Shown here: positions 15,520 through 24,902 of the stretch, one piece after another
Layout: every line of letters begins with the position of its first letter
Position numbering within the stretch: position 1 is the first letter of the stretch
From: a bacterium
GTDB lineage: Bacteria; Patescibacteriota; Minisyncoccia; Moranbacterales; UBA1568
DNA length: 41,177 nucleotides
Assembly: GCA_021821305.1 (NCBI GenBank)
Contig: JAKACP010000001.1
Span: 598,349-639,525, forward strand
Direction: 5' to 3'
The notes under the pieces: generated by a model
Database searches by the model: none
What the model was told of the DNA's origin: nothing
What the model saw: the letters and a program-made list of their open reading frames with translations, nothing else
Translations under genes and position numbers: made by a program

Positions 15520-16806
15520 ATGGGTTTCGAAAAAATTTCAAAATACGCCTTTTACGCCTTCCTTTTTCTCCTTCCGTTTCAGACGGTGCTTTTGCTGCGC
15601 GAGTCGTTCGTGGGAGGGGAGAAATGGCAGTACGGAGTCGTCGCTCTCTATGGCACCGACATTCTTCTTTTTCTGCTACTTGTATTATGGACGTTCAGAA
15701 GACACAAGATACAAAAGTCAGATTGGATTCTGGTCTTGCTCCTTTTTTGGTCCGGATTGTCGATAACGTGGGCAGGGGACCAGGTGCTGGCCCTGTATTT
15801 TTCCATAAAGCTCGCGCTTGCGATCGGCGTGTTCTTTCTTGCGCGGTCGATCGATGACGCGGATGCGAAGACGACGGTGAAAGTCTTGATCGCGGCCGCG
15901 GTACTCCAGGCCATGATCGGAATCGGGCAGTTCATGACACAGAGCACGTTCTCCTCGTCGCTTCTCGGGATGAGCGCGCACGAATCATGGCAAGCGGGAA
16001 CATCGGTACTCAAGAACGAAGGCGGACGGTGGCTCCGCGCCTATGGGTCACTGCCGCATCCCAATATCCTCGGTGGATTCTTGGGAGCTACGCTCGTATT
16101 AGGCATTTCGTATTACGTATCATCCATGCGTTCCGTTGTTGCGAATGGACGACTGATGCGGACATTTCGTATCTTGTATCTCGTATCTTGTGTCTTGCTT
16201 CTCCTTGGGCTCATCCTGACGTTCTCCCGGACCGCGTGGCTGGGGGCCGCTATCGGATTCCTCGCGTACGCGTGGGCGACCTTGAAAAAGAACGGCTCCG
16301 GAAAGGCCTTATTGAAAGCATATATCGTGCTCGGTATCACGGGAGCGGTGTTCGTCGGGATCCTGCATGAGACCGTTTTCCCCCGCTTCGACGGCGCGAC
16401 CATCGGACGCGAGGGATCGGTTTCGGAACGAGCGCTTTCGCTCGAGGATGCGCGGACGATTGTCGCCGCTCATCCGTTCGTCGGAGTCGGATCGGGAAAC
16501 TCCACGGCGGCCATCATCGAAAGCGAGCCCGACCGCCCGATATGGAGCATCCAGCCCGCGCACGACGTGTTCGTGCTCGTGTTCGCGGAGCTCGGCATGG
16601 TCGGACTCGTACTGTTCTCGATTTTTCTCGGATCGATCCTGTACCGGTCGCGGCGGGGTGCGGACACGATATTCGCGATCGCGTTCCTGACACTTCTCCC
16701 GAGCCTCTTTCTCGACCACTGGCTCTGGACATCGCACTTCGGCATCCTCCTCATCTTCCTCTTCGCCGGTCTTGCGACCCGTGGCCGCGACGAAGCACTC
16801 GGATAA
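15520..16806 (+). CDS. O-antigen ligase / Wzy_C-family membrane protein
   Basis: Polytopic protein with LTFSRTAWLGAAIGFLAY and a periplasmic-loop region ending HPFVGVGSGNS...PAHDVFVLVFAELG, typical of the O-antigen ligase-like family. Confidence 0.75.
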   Translation: MGFEKISKYAFYAFLFLLPFQTVLLLRESFVGGEKWQYGVVALYGTDILLFLLLVLWTFRRHKIQKSDWILVLLLFWSGLSITWAGDQVLALYFSIKLALAIGVFFLARSIDDADAKTTVKVLIAAAVLQAMIGIGQFMTQSTFSSSLLGMSAHESWQAGTSVLKNEGGRWLRAYGSLPHPNILGGFLGATLVLGISYYVSSMRSVVANGRLMRTFRILYLVSCVLLLLGLILTFSRTAWLGAAIGFLAYAWATLKKNGSGKALLKAYIVLGITGAVFVGILHETVFPRFDGATIGREGSVSERALSLEDARTIVAAHPFVGVGSGNSTAAIIESEPDRPIWSIQPAHDVFVLVFAELGMVGLVLFSIFLGSILYRSRRGADTIFAIAFLTLLPSLFLDHWLWTSHFGILLIFLFAGLATRGRDEALG

Positions 16807-16845
16807 AAAGACCGCCTCTGCCGATGGGGCGAGGCGGTCTTCGTG
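16805..16845. terminator. bidirectional terminator between convergent genes
   Basis: An 11-bp perfect stem AAGACCGCCTC / GAGGCGGTCTT. On the minus strand it is followed by ttttta. Confidence 0.65.
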
Positions 16846-16860
16846 CCTTTCTGGCGGAAA

Positions 16861-18363
16861 CTAGTACATGATCACCGAGACCGGCTGCATCCGGGCGACT
16901 GGTTTCACGATACCGTTTTCCTTGACGGAGGCGATCACGTCGTCGGCGCGCTTGTAGTGGGACGAGTCCTGCTCGATCACGCGCGAGGAGCGGCCGTTGT
17001 AGAGCGTGACGCCTTTCGTTTTCAATTTCGCGTCGAGCTCGGCCTTGTTCTCCGGGACGACGTCGTCGGTCTTGTTCGCCGATTTTCCGGCACCGTGGTT
17101 GCACGAGTAGAAGCTCGATTCGTTCCCGTCCTGCCCGACGCAGAGGTAGGCCTCGGTCGACATGGAGGTCGGGATGAACGCCGGCTCGCCGGTCTCGCCG
17201 AAGACCGGATGGTCCGACATGCGGGAAGGGCCGTAGGCGCGGGAGGTCCCGTTCCGGTGGACCCAGAGCTTCTTCCCGTAGTGCTCCTCCTGGGAGACGA
17301 GGATATGCGGCATATCGTAGAGGAGTTCGAATCCCGGATCGCGTCCGAGGACCTCCTCGACGGTGCGGGCGACATTGTGCGTGATGACGGCCCGGTTCGC
17401 GTGAGCGAAGTTGGAGCAAGCGTTGCGCGCGGCCATATAGAGCCTGCCGTCCTCGCCGTCGCCGTCATAGGTGATGAGCGGCTCCTTCCTGCCGAAATCG
17501 GATTCACGGATCTTCCTCGCGATCTCGCTCACGATCTTGCGATAGGGCGTCCGCCAGAAGAATCGTCCGATGTTCATGAGGATCGCGGTCGACTTGTGCT
17601 CGCGCTTCTTCGCGGTGTACATGTACATCGTGTACTGGCCGAGGATACCGGAGCCGCAGTGCACCATGAAGAGGTACTGGCCCTTCTTCACGCCGAGTTT
17701 CTCCGCGAGTACCGGATCCTCGATGTCGGATACTTTCATGAGATCGAGGAAGTGGTTGCCGGCGGCGCCGAGGATGCCCGAGCGGAACTGCGCGAAGAAG
17801 AGGAAGAGGCTGGGGATGATGTTCCGGATATCCTTGCGGCTCATTTCCCGCTCGAAGAAATTCCCGCGGTCGAGGGAGTTTTCCGCCTCGTATTTCGTCT
17901 TGATGCCGAGATGCTCGATGAGAGGCCGGATACCCGCGCGCGCGATATCGACGATGACGCGGAAGGGGAGATAGGTCCCGAGATACGCCTTGGTGGGGAC
18001 GCGGGGGACGAGCGCTCGGAACAGCTTCTCGATCTCCTCGGGCGTCGTGTTCTCGTCGGTCAGGTTCGACCGGACGAGGCGCATACCGCACGCCGGGTCG
18101 CTGTCGTTGACCTGGGGCAGGATATGATGCTCCGACGTGACGGTCGTACCGGTCGCGTTCTTGCGGCCAGGCTTGGAATGGACGTCGGCCATGGCGGCGA
18201 TGTGATGAAAGACCGAAGTGTTGCTCGCGACGCTCTCCATCTGATGCATGGTCTCTTCGGCCGGCATGAGCCCTTCCTGGACATGGAACACGACCGGGAC
18301 CTTCATCTTGCCGGTCTTCATCTCGCGTTTATAGGGGGAGATTTCCCTGACATTGTAAGGCAT
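16861..18363 (-). CDS. rtcB: RtcB-family RNA ligase (divergent, 500 aa)
   Basis: RtcB metal/GMP-site motifs occur in order: ADVHSKPG, DPACGMRLV, GAAGNHFLDLM, MVHCGSGILG and CNHGAGKS. Confidence 0.75.
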   Translation of the reverse strand: MPYNVREISPYKREMKTGKMKVPVVFHVQEGLMPAEETMHQMESVASNTSVFHHIAAMADVHSKPGRKNATGTTVTSEHHILPQVNDSDPACGMRLVRSNLTDENTTPEEIEKLFRALVPRVPTKAYLGTYLPFRVIVDIARAGIRPLIEHLGIKTKYEAENSLDRGNFFEREMSRKDIRNIIPSLFLFFAQFRSGILGAAGNHFLDLMKVSDIEDPVLAEKLGVKKGQYLFMVHCGSGILGQYTMYMYTAKKREHKSTAILMNIGRFFWRTPYRKIVSEIARKIRESDFGRKEPLITYDGDGEDGRLYMAARNACSNFAHANRAVITHNVARTVEEVLGRDPGFELLYDMPHILVSQEEHYGKKLWVHRNGTSRAYGPSRMSDHPVFGETGEPAFIPTSMSTEAYLCVGQDGNESSFYSCNHGAGKSANKTDDVVPENKAELDAKLKTKGVTLYNGRSSRVIEQDSSHYKRADDVIASVKENGIVKPVARMQPVSVIMY

Positions 18364-18453
18364 AGTGCTGAGTAACTGTTCAAATTCTCACCGCAAGCAA
18401 ACAGGAACGAAGGAGGCGGGAGTGTCCGCCATAAAAAACTGAGGAAGACGCCG

Positions 18454-19575
18454 CTAGAGCGAGGCGTAGAGCTTGCCGTACTCTTCGGCTGTCGTGGCGA
18501 GGTCGAAGTGCCTCTCGACGAACGCACGGGCGTTCTTGCCGAGTTCCGCGCGCCGGAGCGTGTCGCTCTCGAGCGTGTGGAGGGCCTTGAGAAAGGCCTC
18601 GTTCGAGCCTCGGGGTATGGTAACAGAGATATCGGGATTTGAAAACTCCTCGAAGTCGGGGAGATCCGTCAGGATGACCGGCTTGCCGCAGGCATAGGCC
18701 TCCACGATGACGAGCGGGATGTCGAATTTTCCGTGCATGTTGCCCACGGGAAACGCGACGACATCGGCGAGGTTGTAGAGCGCGGGCATGTCGAACACCG
18801 TATCGGAGAAGGCGACCTTTGGCAGGAGATCGGCGGCCGCGAGCGCGGCGACGACTTCTTTCTTCTTGGCGACATCCGCGGCGTTCTTGACCCGGCACGC
18901 GAAGATGAAACGGAGCGCGGAGTCCGGATGCGTGTTGAAGTGATGCATGAGGGACTCGACGAGGAGGTCCGTGGCGCCGAGGCGTGAATATTCGCCGGGA
19001 TAGATCACGATGAAATCCTCGGCGGAGAAATGGAATTCGTCGAGCATGTCCCGATCCTTCTCTCTCGGCCTGTAGAGGTCGAGATCGATGCCTGGATAGA
19101 TGCGGCGCACATCGGAGAATCCGAGCTCCTCGAGGCGCACTTTCGAGCGATCGGTATAGGCCACGAGCACGTCGGCGAAGAGGAGCGAGCGGAGTTCGTC
19201 CGGGGAGTACAGGTCCTCCCGGATCGTCGCGACGGTCTGGATCGTCTTGCCCTTCGTCGGCTTGGCGAGATTCCTGATGATGAGCGCGTTGCGCTTGGCG
19301 GGCGTGAAAAGGTAGTGCGTCACGTCGAAATCGCCACGACGGTTCCGTAGATAGCGCAGGAGCTTGAGCTTCGCACCGAAGCCGAGCTCGGCTGACGGAT
19401 AAACCGGTTCTTGCGTGACGGTTCCGGGAAGTCCGGTGATCTTCTCCGGCGTCGTGAGCACAGTCAACTCGGCACCGGTCACCGATTTCGCCAGGAAATA
19501 GGCGAAGTTCTTGGAGGCCTCGTCCCAAGGCGGAACGAGCGGGCGCGTGGCGAGAAGGACTTTTTTCATTGACAT
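18454..19575 (-). CDS. GT4-family glycosyltransferase
   Basis: C-terminal FPVGNMHGKFDIPLVIVEAYACGKPVILTD (GT4 E-x7-E-like region) with an N-terminal Rossmann half. Confidence 0.75.
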   Translation of the reverse strand: MSMKKVLLATRPLVPPWDEASKNFAYFLAKSVTGAELTVLTTPEKITGLPGTVTQEPVYPSAELGFGAKLKLLRYLRNRRGDFDVTHYLFTPAKRNALIIRNLAKPTKGKTIQTVATIREDLYSPDELRSLLFADVLVAYTDRSKVRLEELGFSDVRRIYPGIDLDLYRPREKDRDMLDEFHFSAEDFIVIYPGEYSRLGATDLLVESLMHHFNTHPDSALRFIFACRVKNAADVAKKKEVVAALAAADLLPKVAFSDTVFDMPALYNLADVVAFPVGNMHGKFDIPLVIVEAYACGKPVILTDLPDFEEFSNPDISVTIPRGSNEAFLKALHTLESDTLRRAELGKNARAFVERHFDLATTAEEYGKLYASL

Positions 19576-19712
19576 ACGACTTCGTTCGTGGTAAGAATTA
19601 TCCCATCGACATCGTTCTTTGAAAGGGAATCTATCGGGAAAAACCTACTCGTATTGTACAGCATTTTCCTCCCGCTGTGGAGGCTTCATGGGACATCAAA
19701 AGGGGATTTGGA

Positions 19713-20252
19713 ATGGAAATAACAGGATTGGAGTGGGAATACATCGATAGATTCGAGTTCGTCGTGGTGATAGGTTGCTTTCTGACGTTGACGCACAAGT
19801 GCCTGCATACGCTCTGGTATGCGACACGCGCGCCGATTTCGCCGGAAAGCGTCCTGATCGTAGCCGCAAAGGCATTCGGGTGGGCCGCATTGTTATCGTT
19901 CTACCTCATGTTCCGCGTGGATACGCTCATCATCGCCGGATTCATCGGCTGGCCGATCATCTTTCTCGCCGTGACCACGGGAGTGCTCGCACTCGCATCG
20001 ATCTCAAGCATCATGGTCTATTCGGGGCTCTGCGGAAGATGTGCCGACCGACTGTCCGCACCTATCAGGAGACGACTGGTGGCTCTGGAGGTGTTCCTGA
20101 CGAGGCTCATGATCGCATCGATCTCAGGAGCCATGTACTGCTTCGGGACTTGCAGAGAATACGCTGATCGATTGTCTCCGCTCGTAAGAAAACAGGTGGA
20201 TGTGCTGAGAGACAGGCTTCGGATGCTCTCCATGCGCTTCGCTCAGAAGTAA
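19713..20252 (+). CDS. hypothetical membrane protein with an internal C-terminal repeat
   Basis: SD aaaGGGGAtttggaATG at 19713 (the tracked GTG at 19677 lacks an SD). About 4 TM segments, then a duplicated motif: CGRCADRLSAPIRRRL and CREYADRLSPLVRKQV. Confidence 0.55.
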   Translation: MEITGLEWEYIDRFEFVVVIGCFLTLTHKCLHTLWYATRAPISPESVLIVAAKAFGWAALLSFYLMFRVDTLIIAGFIGWPIIFLAVTTGVLALASISSIMVYSGLCGRCADRLSAPIRRRLVALEVFLTRLMIASISGAMYCFGTCREYADRLSPLVRKQVDVLRDRLRMLSMRFAQK

Positions 20253-20293
20253 ACAGCATTCACCCTTCCTTCACACACGAAGAAGGGCAATCA

Positions 20294-20328
20294 GAACAGC
20301 TCGACAATCGGGCTGTTTTTTCTTTTAT
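20294..20328 (+). terminator. intrinsic terminator
   Basis: AACAGC-tcgacaatcgg-GCTGTT followed by ttttctttt. Confidence 0.55.
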
Positions 20329-20372
20329 TCATGCCGCGAGATATTCAACAGGCTCTTCGCCTCGTTCCGGGA

Positions 20373-20789
20373 CTATCGCTCGAGATAGATCGATTTCTTT
20401 TTTTTCTGGCCGTCTTCGACGGTGATGGTGACCCTGCCGGCGATATCCGAGGCAGAAAGATCAATGATCCGTTTTTCGCCGCGCGCGATCGGGACGGTTC
20501 CCGAAGCGAGAGTCTCACCGCCGCCGGAAACCGTGTAGGTGAACTCCGCTTCGTCCGAATGGTTCTCGATGAAGAATCCGGAGGAGAGCTCGCCGCGTTC
20601 CTCGAACGCGATGACCCAGTATTCCTTGCCATAGTCGGGATCGAGATCACGATCGATCTTCCAGGAAAGGAACGCCGCGCTCACGACGAAGAGAGCGAGG
20701 AAGAGTGATGCCAGCGCCGTCTCGGGAGCGATACGTTTCGCCCGGGACACGAAGCGGGACATGAGAGCGCGATATTTATTTCCGTTCAT
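20373..20789 (-). CDS. hypothetical single-pass membrane-anchored protein (beta-rich ectodomain)
   Basis: N-terminal TM segment (ALASLFLALFVVSAAFL) followed by ~90 aa rich in predicted strands. Last gene of the minus-strand operon. The start is ambiguous: 20789 overlaps the upstream stop by 14 nt, or 20762. Confidence 0.5.
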   Translation of the reverse strand: MNGNKYRALMSRFVSRAKRIAPETALASLFLALFVVSAAFLSWKIDRDLDPDYGKEYWVIAFEERGELSSGFFIENHSDEAEFTYTVSGGGETLASGTVPIARGEKRIIDLSASDIAGRVTITVEDGQKKKKSIYLER

Positions 20790-22755
20790 AGAGGTGGATA
20801 TGGTCTCCTGCGTAGATGCGGGAAAATGAGGATGATTTCTCGAATTGGGCGGCATCGTAGGCGGGATTGACGGCGATGAGATTGACCCCGAGTTCGTCGA
20901 AGCACTTCCGCCCGTCGGGCAGGTTCGGCGTCGAGATCATGAGAAGCGTGCATTGCTCGCGCGGCTTGGTCTCGTCCTCGTATCGTTTGAAGAATCCGCG
21001 TGAGAGGGGATAGTCGTATCCGCGCATGAAAAAGAGTTTCATCCAGGCATCCGCAACAAGATAGTTGTGATCCTTGAGGAACAGATCATCCGGAGCCATC
21101 CGGGAGGCGAGATACTCCGACGCATGGAAGACTTCGGCCGTTTCCTTGGATTTTCCGGCGGACGGGAGGGATGACTGGTTGTCGGCGGAACCGTTCCAGG
21201 TCGAAAAACCGAGGAGGACGAGCATACCGAAAAGGAAGAGCCTGGCCGGAATGAACGAGGCGGGCCTCCCGTTTCCGGCCGTCCGGAGGAAAATCGGCAA
21301 CGAGGCCGCAAGGAGTCCCGCGAGGAGCGCGAGCGGGAAGGAGAGATAGGTGCCGATACGGTTCGACGGGATATCGAGGAACACCCAGTGTGGCCGAAGC
21401 GCCATGACCAGGAGGGCGCCGCCCCAGCCGAGCATGAAGGCGAAGGCGGCTGAGGATCGCGACGGACGGAAAAAGAACGCGAGGAGGATGGCCGCGATGC
21501 CGAGACTCGCCCGTGCCGCACCCGACGCATCCGACACCTGGAAGAACGAGAGCCCGGTCCGGGTCGATTTCGACGGTGCGCCGATCGCGGTATCGACCGC
21601 GCTCGTCTCGATATAGGTCGGCATCGCGACCGCGGTGAAGAATATCCCGGCGAAAGCGAGCGCGACGAGGGGATAGGGGGAGAGGAAGAGTCTGCCGATA
21701 CGCTTGGCCAGCGCGCCCGACTCGCGAGGGAAGAGCGCGAGGAGCGAAAGGAGGATGCCGGCGAACACGAAGAGGAGGACGAGCGAGGAGAGATGATGCG
21801 TGTAGGCCAGCGTGAACGAGAGGAAAATCCCGATGGCGAGGAATCGCGAGTCCCGCTCCCGGAGCGCGCGGAACAAGGAGAGGAGGATGAGCGGGATGAA
21901 GAGGTTGCCGAAAAGATTGCCGACGACGCCGCCGGATACGAACTTGGATTCCGGTGAGGAAAAGGCGAAGAGCGGCCCTACGAACAATAGCACAAAGAGA
22001 CCCGCGGAAAAGGGGGAGACCCGATGCTCCGCGAGGAACCCCGCTGCGAAGCGCACCGCGAGCGCGAAGAGCGCGAGCACCGAGAGAAGGTTCACGAGGA
22101 AGAGCGTATTGACCGGAAACGCGGAAAAGAAAGAATCGCCGGAGAGAAGGGCGATCGCCGCGAACGGGAGGTGTTCGCCGATGATGAAATCGGCGATCGG
22201 CTCCGGATCGGAGAGACTGACCGTTCCGTCATGCGTGACGATCTCACGCTTCGCGTACTCGGGGAGCGTGCCCGAATCCGCGATGAGCTTGGACCAGTAC
22301 ATGTGGTGCCCGAGGTCGGTCGCGGTCGGCAGTCCCGCGTCGGAAAGGAAGATCGTGCGGAGAAAAATCGTAAGTGCCACGATGAGCAGGAACGCGAGAC
22401 GCTCATTGTGTGAGGCCGAAAACGGAGAACCCTTCTCTCGGACCGAGTCGGTTCCTTTCCCCGTGTGTCGTGCGAATCGCTCGTATCCGATCCGGAGCGC
22501 GAGGAGGACGAGCGGCACCGCGAGAAGTGCGAGGAGGACCGACATCCCCGTGAACGGGATGTCCCGTCCGCCCATGTATATCATGGAAAAATCGAGCACG
22601 CCGACGCCGAGCGCGAACGAGAACACGACCATCTCGAAGACGGACAGGGGATGACGGACCCCGAACATCGCCCGAAGCAGCATCCATCCGGAGAGGAAGA
22701 AAAGGGCGAGCGCGAAAATGAAGAGGATGAACGTGATCATGTGAATATCCGTCAT
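20776..22755 (-). CDS. large polytopic membrane protein, possible GT-C-type glycosyltransferase/polymerase
   Basis: About 14 TM segments with the loop motif PTATDLGHHMYWSKL and a C-terminal soluble domain. The start at 22755 forms an ATGA overlap with the upstream GT4 stop. I cannot name a precise family. Confidence 0.6.
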   Translation of the reverse strand: MTDIHMITFILFIFALALFFLSGWMLLRAMFGVRHPLSVFEMVVFSFALGVGVLDFSMIYMGGRDIPFTGMSVLLALLAVPLVLLALRIGYERFARHTGKGTDSVREKGSPFSASHNERLAFLLIVALTIFLRTIFLSDAGLPTATDLGHHMYWSKLIADSGTLPEYAKREIVTHDGTVSLSDPEPIADFIIGEHLPFAAIALLSGDSFFSAFPVNTLFLVNLLSVLALFALAVRFAAGFLAEHRVSPFSAGLFVLLFVGPLFAFSSPESKFVSGGVVGNLFGNLFIPLILLSLFRALRERDSRFLAIGIFLSFTLAYTHHLSSLVLLFVFAGILLSLLALFPRESGALAKRIGRLFLSPYPLVALAFAGIFFTAVAMPTYIETSAVDTAIGAPSKSTRTGLSFFQVSDASGAARASLGIAAILLAFFFRPSRSSAAFAFMLGWGGALLVMALRPHWVFLDIPSNRIGTYLSFPLALLAGLLAASLPIFLRTAGNGRPASFIPARLFLFGMLVLLGFSTWNGSADNQSSLPSAGKSKETAEVFHASEYLASRMAPDDLFLKDHNYLVADAWMKLFFMRGYDYPLSRGFFKRYEDETKPREQCTLLMISTPNLPDGRKCFDELGVNLIAVNPAYDAAQFEKSSSFSRIYAGDHIHLYERK

Positions 22756-23831
22756 TCGGACTTCGGGAGCATATCGGAGAGGACCTTCATATACCGGTCC
22801 GATATCACGTCCCAACGGTAGTGTTCCCGGGTGAAGGCTTGCGCATGGCGACCGAATTCCCGTCGGGCATCGTCATTCTCCGACAACGACAGTATAGCAT
22901 CACGGAACGAATCCGGATCCTGCGGCGTGACCAGGCGTCCGTTCTCGCCGTCGGTGATCGCTTCCGCGAGCCCCTCGAGACGGGAGGCGACGACCGGCAG
23001 ACCCTCGGAAGTCGCCTCGATGAGCGCGATACCGAAGCCTTCGATATCATGCTCGACCGGTATGTTCGGCTGTACGAACAGGTGTGCGGTACGCAGGAGC
23101 GTGAGGCGACCACGGTCGGACACGCGACCGAGCAGTTTCACCCTACCTTCCATGCCGCTTTCGCGTATGGCATCGCGGATATGTACTTCTTCGGGTCCGG
23201 AGCCGGCGACGAGATAGAGTGTGCTTTCCGGAAGAAGGGGAAGCACATGACGCACGAACCACGCCACGCCCTTGCGCTTCGCGAGCCGTCCGACGGTGAG
23301 GAGGACGGTCTTGCCGGATACGGATTCTCCGAGCAGGGATTCGAGATCCTGTTCCGTGAAGACGCGCCCATCGTCGGAGAGGTCGATGCCGTTCGGAACC
23401 ACGGAAAATTTCTCCGCGGGGATACCATGGCGTATCCCGAGCTCGCGGGTGGCGGCCGACACCGCGATCAGGCCGTCGAGCGACGGGAGGAACGTCCGGA
23501 CCCACCATCGCTGATAGAATCGGTCCCGATAACTCATGTCGAGTCCGTGTACGACCGACACCACCCGTTTCCCGGGGTAGACCTTCTTCAGGATCCAACC
23601 GACGATGCCGAGTACGCCGTCCCCGAGGAGGACGACGTCATACCGCGGGGCGAGGAAAAGCCCGGTAAGGGCCGCATACGGGAGAAACAGGGGAAGGAAT
23701 CGCTTCCCACGCCGGTTCGCGATCGTCGTGACCTCCGCCTTTCGAGCGAGCCACACCGAGAGCGCGTGGTTCTGATTCTCGATTCCGCCGAGTATCGGCG
23801 GGTACGCCCTTGATATGAAGAGGATTCTCAT
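22752..23831 (-). CDS. GT4-family glycosyltransferase
   Basis: MRILFISRAYPPILGGIENQ and EGFGIALIEATSEGLPVVASRLEGL. Confidence 0.85.
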   Translation of the reverse strand: MRILFISRAYPPILGGIENQNHALSVWLARKAEVTTIANRRGKRFLPLFLPYAALTGLFLAPRYDVVLLGDGVLGIVGWILKKVYPGKRVVSVVHGLDMSYRDRFYQRWWVRTFLPSLDGLIAVSAATRELGIRHGIPAEKFSVVPNGIDLSDDGRVFTEQDLESLLGESVSGKTVLLTVGRLAKRKGVAWFVRHVLPLLPESTLYLVAGSGPEEVHIRDAIRESGMEGRVKLLGRVSDRGRLTLLRTAHLFVQPNIPVEHDIEGFGIALIEATSEGLPVVASRLEGLAEAITDGENGRLVTPQDPDSFRDAILSLSENDDARREFGRHAQAFTREHYRWDVISDRYMKVLSDMLPKSE

Positions 23832-23834
23832 GGA

Positions 23835-24818
23835 TCAATGGTCCGACGATTTGTCCTCGAGGCGCCGACCGCGCTCGTATCGGTCCCTCTTCTGATGATA
23901 GAGAATCTCCTCCGTGATCTTGCGGTTCGAGCGGATCATGTCGGCGATGAGCGCGAAGACGAAGAATTGGAGTCCGATCAGGAACAGCGTGATCGCGACG
24001 AGGAGGTAGTTGCGGAACGGAGTGATCTTGTAGTCCTGCAGGTAGAGCCCGAGAAACCACGCGAAGACGAGGAGCGATACCACGATGAGCGCCAACCCGG
24101 GAACGCCGAAGAACTTGAGCGGCCTGACATCGCGCACCGCCTTCATGATGATCTTCGCGCTGTTCTTGATATATTTCCCGATACTCTTCACCACGCGCGA
24201 CTTGCGGTCGGCGAAGTAGGTGACCTTGACCGGGATCCAGAGGACCCGGAGCTCCTTGCCGAGGGCGTCGATGATGACCTCCTGCGTGTAGGTGAAGGCG
24301 CCGGGAAGGTTGAGACGGAGAAGCGTCTCCCGCGAGTACGCGCGGAAGCCGCAGGTGAGATCGGAGATCGGCGCGTTCATGAACGAACCGATGATGTATG
24401 CGGCGAGCCTGTTGAGGGAATCCTTCACGAAGGGGATGTTCTCCGCCTTGTGCTCCGAGAACCGGTCGGCGGTCACGAGATCGGCCTTGCCATCGAGCAC
24501 CGGACGGATGAGCTTGGCGATATCGTCCGGATCGAACTGACCGTCCGCGTCGATGTTGACCATGACGTCCGCACCATTGGCGAGCGCCGACTCGACCGAC
24601 GTGCGGAACGCCTTGCCGATGCCGCGGTTGCCGTCATGCGAGATGACGAAATCGGCGCCGGCCTCCCGGGCGACGCGCGCGGTGTCATCCTTCGATCCGT
24701 CGTCGACGACCTGCACGAAGACCTCGTCGATACTGTCGAAACTCCGGGGGATGCTCTGTATGGTCTGTCCGATCTTCTCCGCCTCGTTGTAGGCGGGGAT
24801 GTTGACGATGAGCCGCAT
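23835..24818 (-). CDS. GT2-family polyprenyl-phosphate glycosyltransferase (DPM1/GtrB/ArnC-like) with C-terminal TM helices
   Basis: MRLIVNIPAYNEAEKI, VVDDGSKDDT, an NIDADGQFDP (DxD-like) motif, and two C-terminal TM helices. I used the internal ATG at 24818 because the tracked 24899 start reads through a heptamer repeat. Confidence 0.8.
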   Translation of the reverse strand: MRLIVNIPAYNEAEKIGQTIQSIPRSFDSIDEVFVQVVDDGSKDDTARVAREAGADFVISHDGNRGIGKAFRTSVESALANGADVMVNIDADGQFDPDDIAKLIRPVLDGKADLVTADRFSEHKAENIPFVKDSLNRLAAYIIGSFMNAPISDLTCGFRAYSRETLLRLNLPGAFTYTQEVIIDALGKELRVLWIPVKVTYFADRKSRVVKSIGKYIKNSAKIIMKAVRDVRPLKFFGVPGLALIVVSLLVFAWFLGLYLQDYKITPFRNYLLVAITLFLIGLQFFVFALIADMIRSNRKITEEILYHQKRDRYERGRRLEDKSSDH

Positions 24819-24822
24819 ACTG

Positions 24823-24850
24823 GTGATGAATGATAAATGATGAGTGATGA
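24823..24850. repeat. 4 x 7-nt tandem repeat (GTGATGA ATGATAA ATGATGA GTGATGA) abutting the GT2 start
   Basis: Read directly. On the minus strand it is TCATCAC TCATCAT TTATCAT TCATCAC and ends 4 nt before the ATG at 24818. Confidence 0.8.
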
Positions 24851-24902
24851 ACGATAGGCGATGTTTTCGATACGGGGTCCGCGATCTCGTACCGGTCATC
24901 CC

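Noticed and set aside
15392-15857. ORFs 15392..15766 and 15516..15857 (+)
   Set aside because: They begin inside the AT-rich intergenic element A or promoter region and then overlap the O-antigen-ligase-like gene out of frame. The shared QPKF peptide with the mini-ORF in element B simply reflects the conserved nucleotide block TGCAGCCGAAATT.
16843-18375. 510-aa + strand ORF
   Set aside because: It is antisense to RtcB, whose frame carries all the RtcB catalytic motifs. The + frame product is low-complexity (R/D/G/V/H).
18364-18453. Terminator between GT4 (18454..19575) and rtcB
   Set aside because: The only hairpin (GGCGG-acactc-CCGCC on the minus strand) is short and is followed by tccttcgttcc rather than a T-run. 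It is not convincing, and co-transcription is at least as likely.
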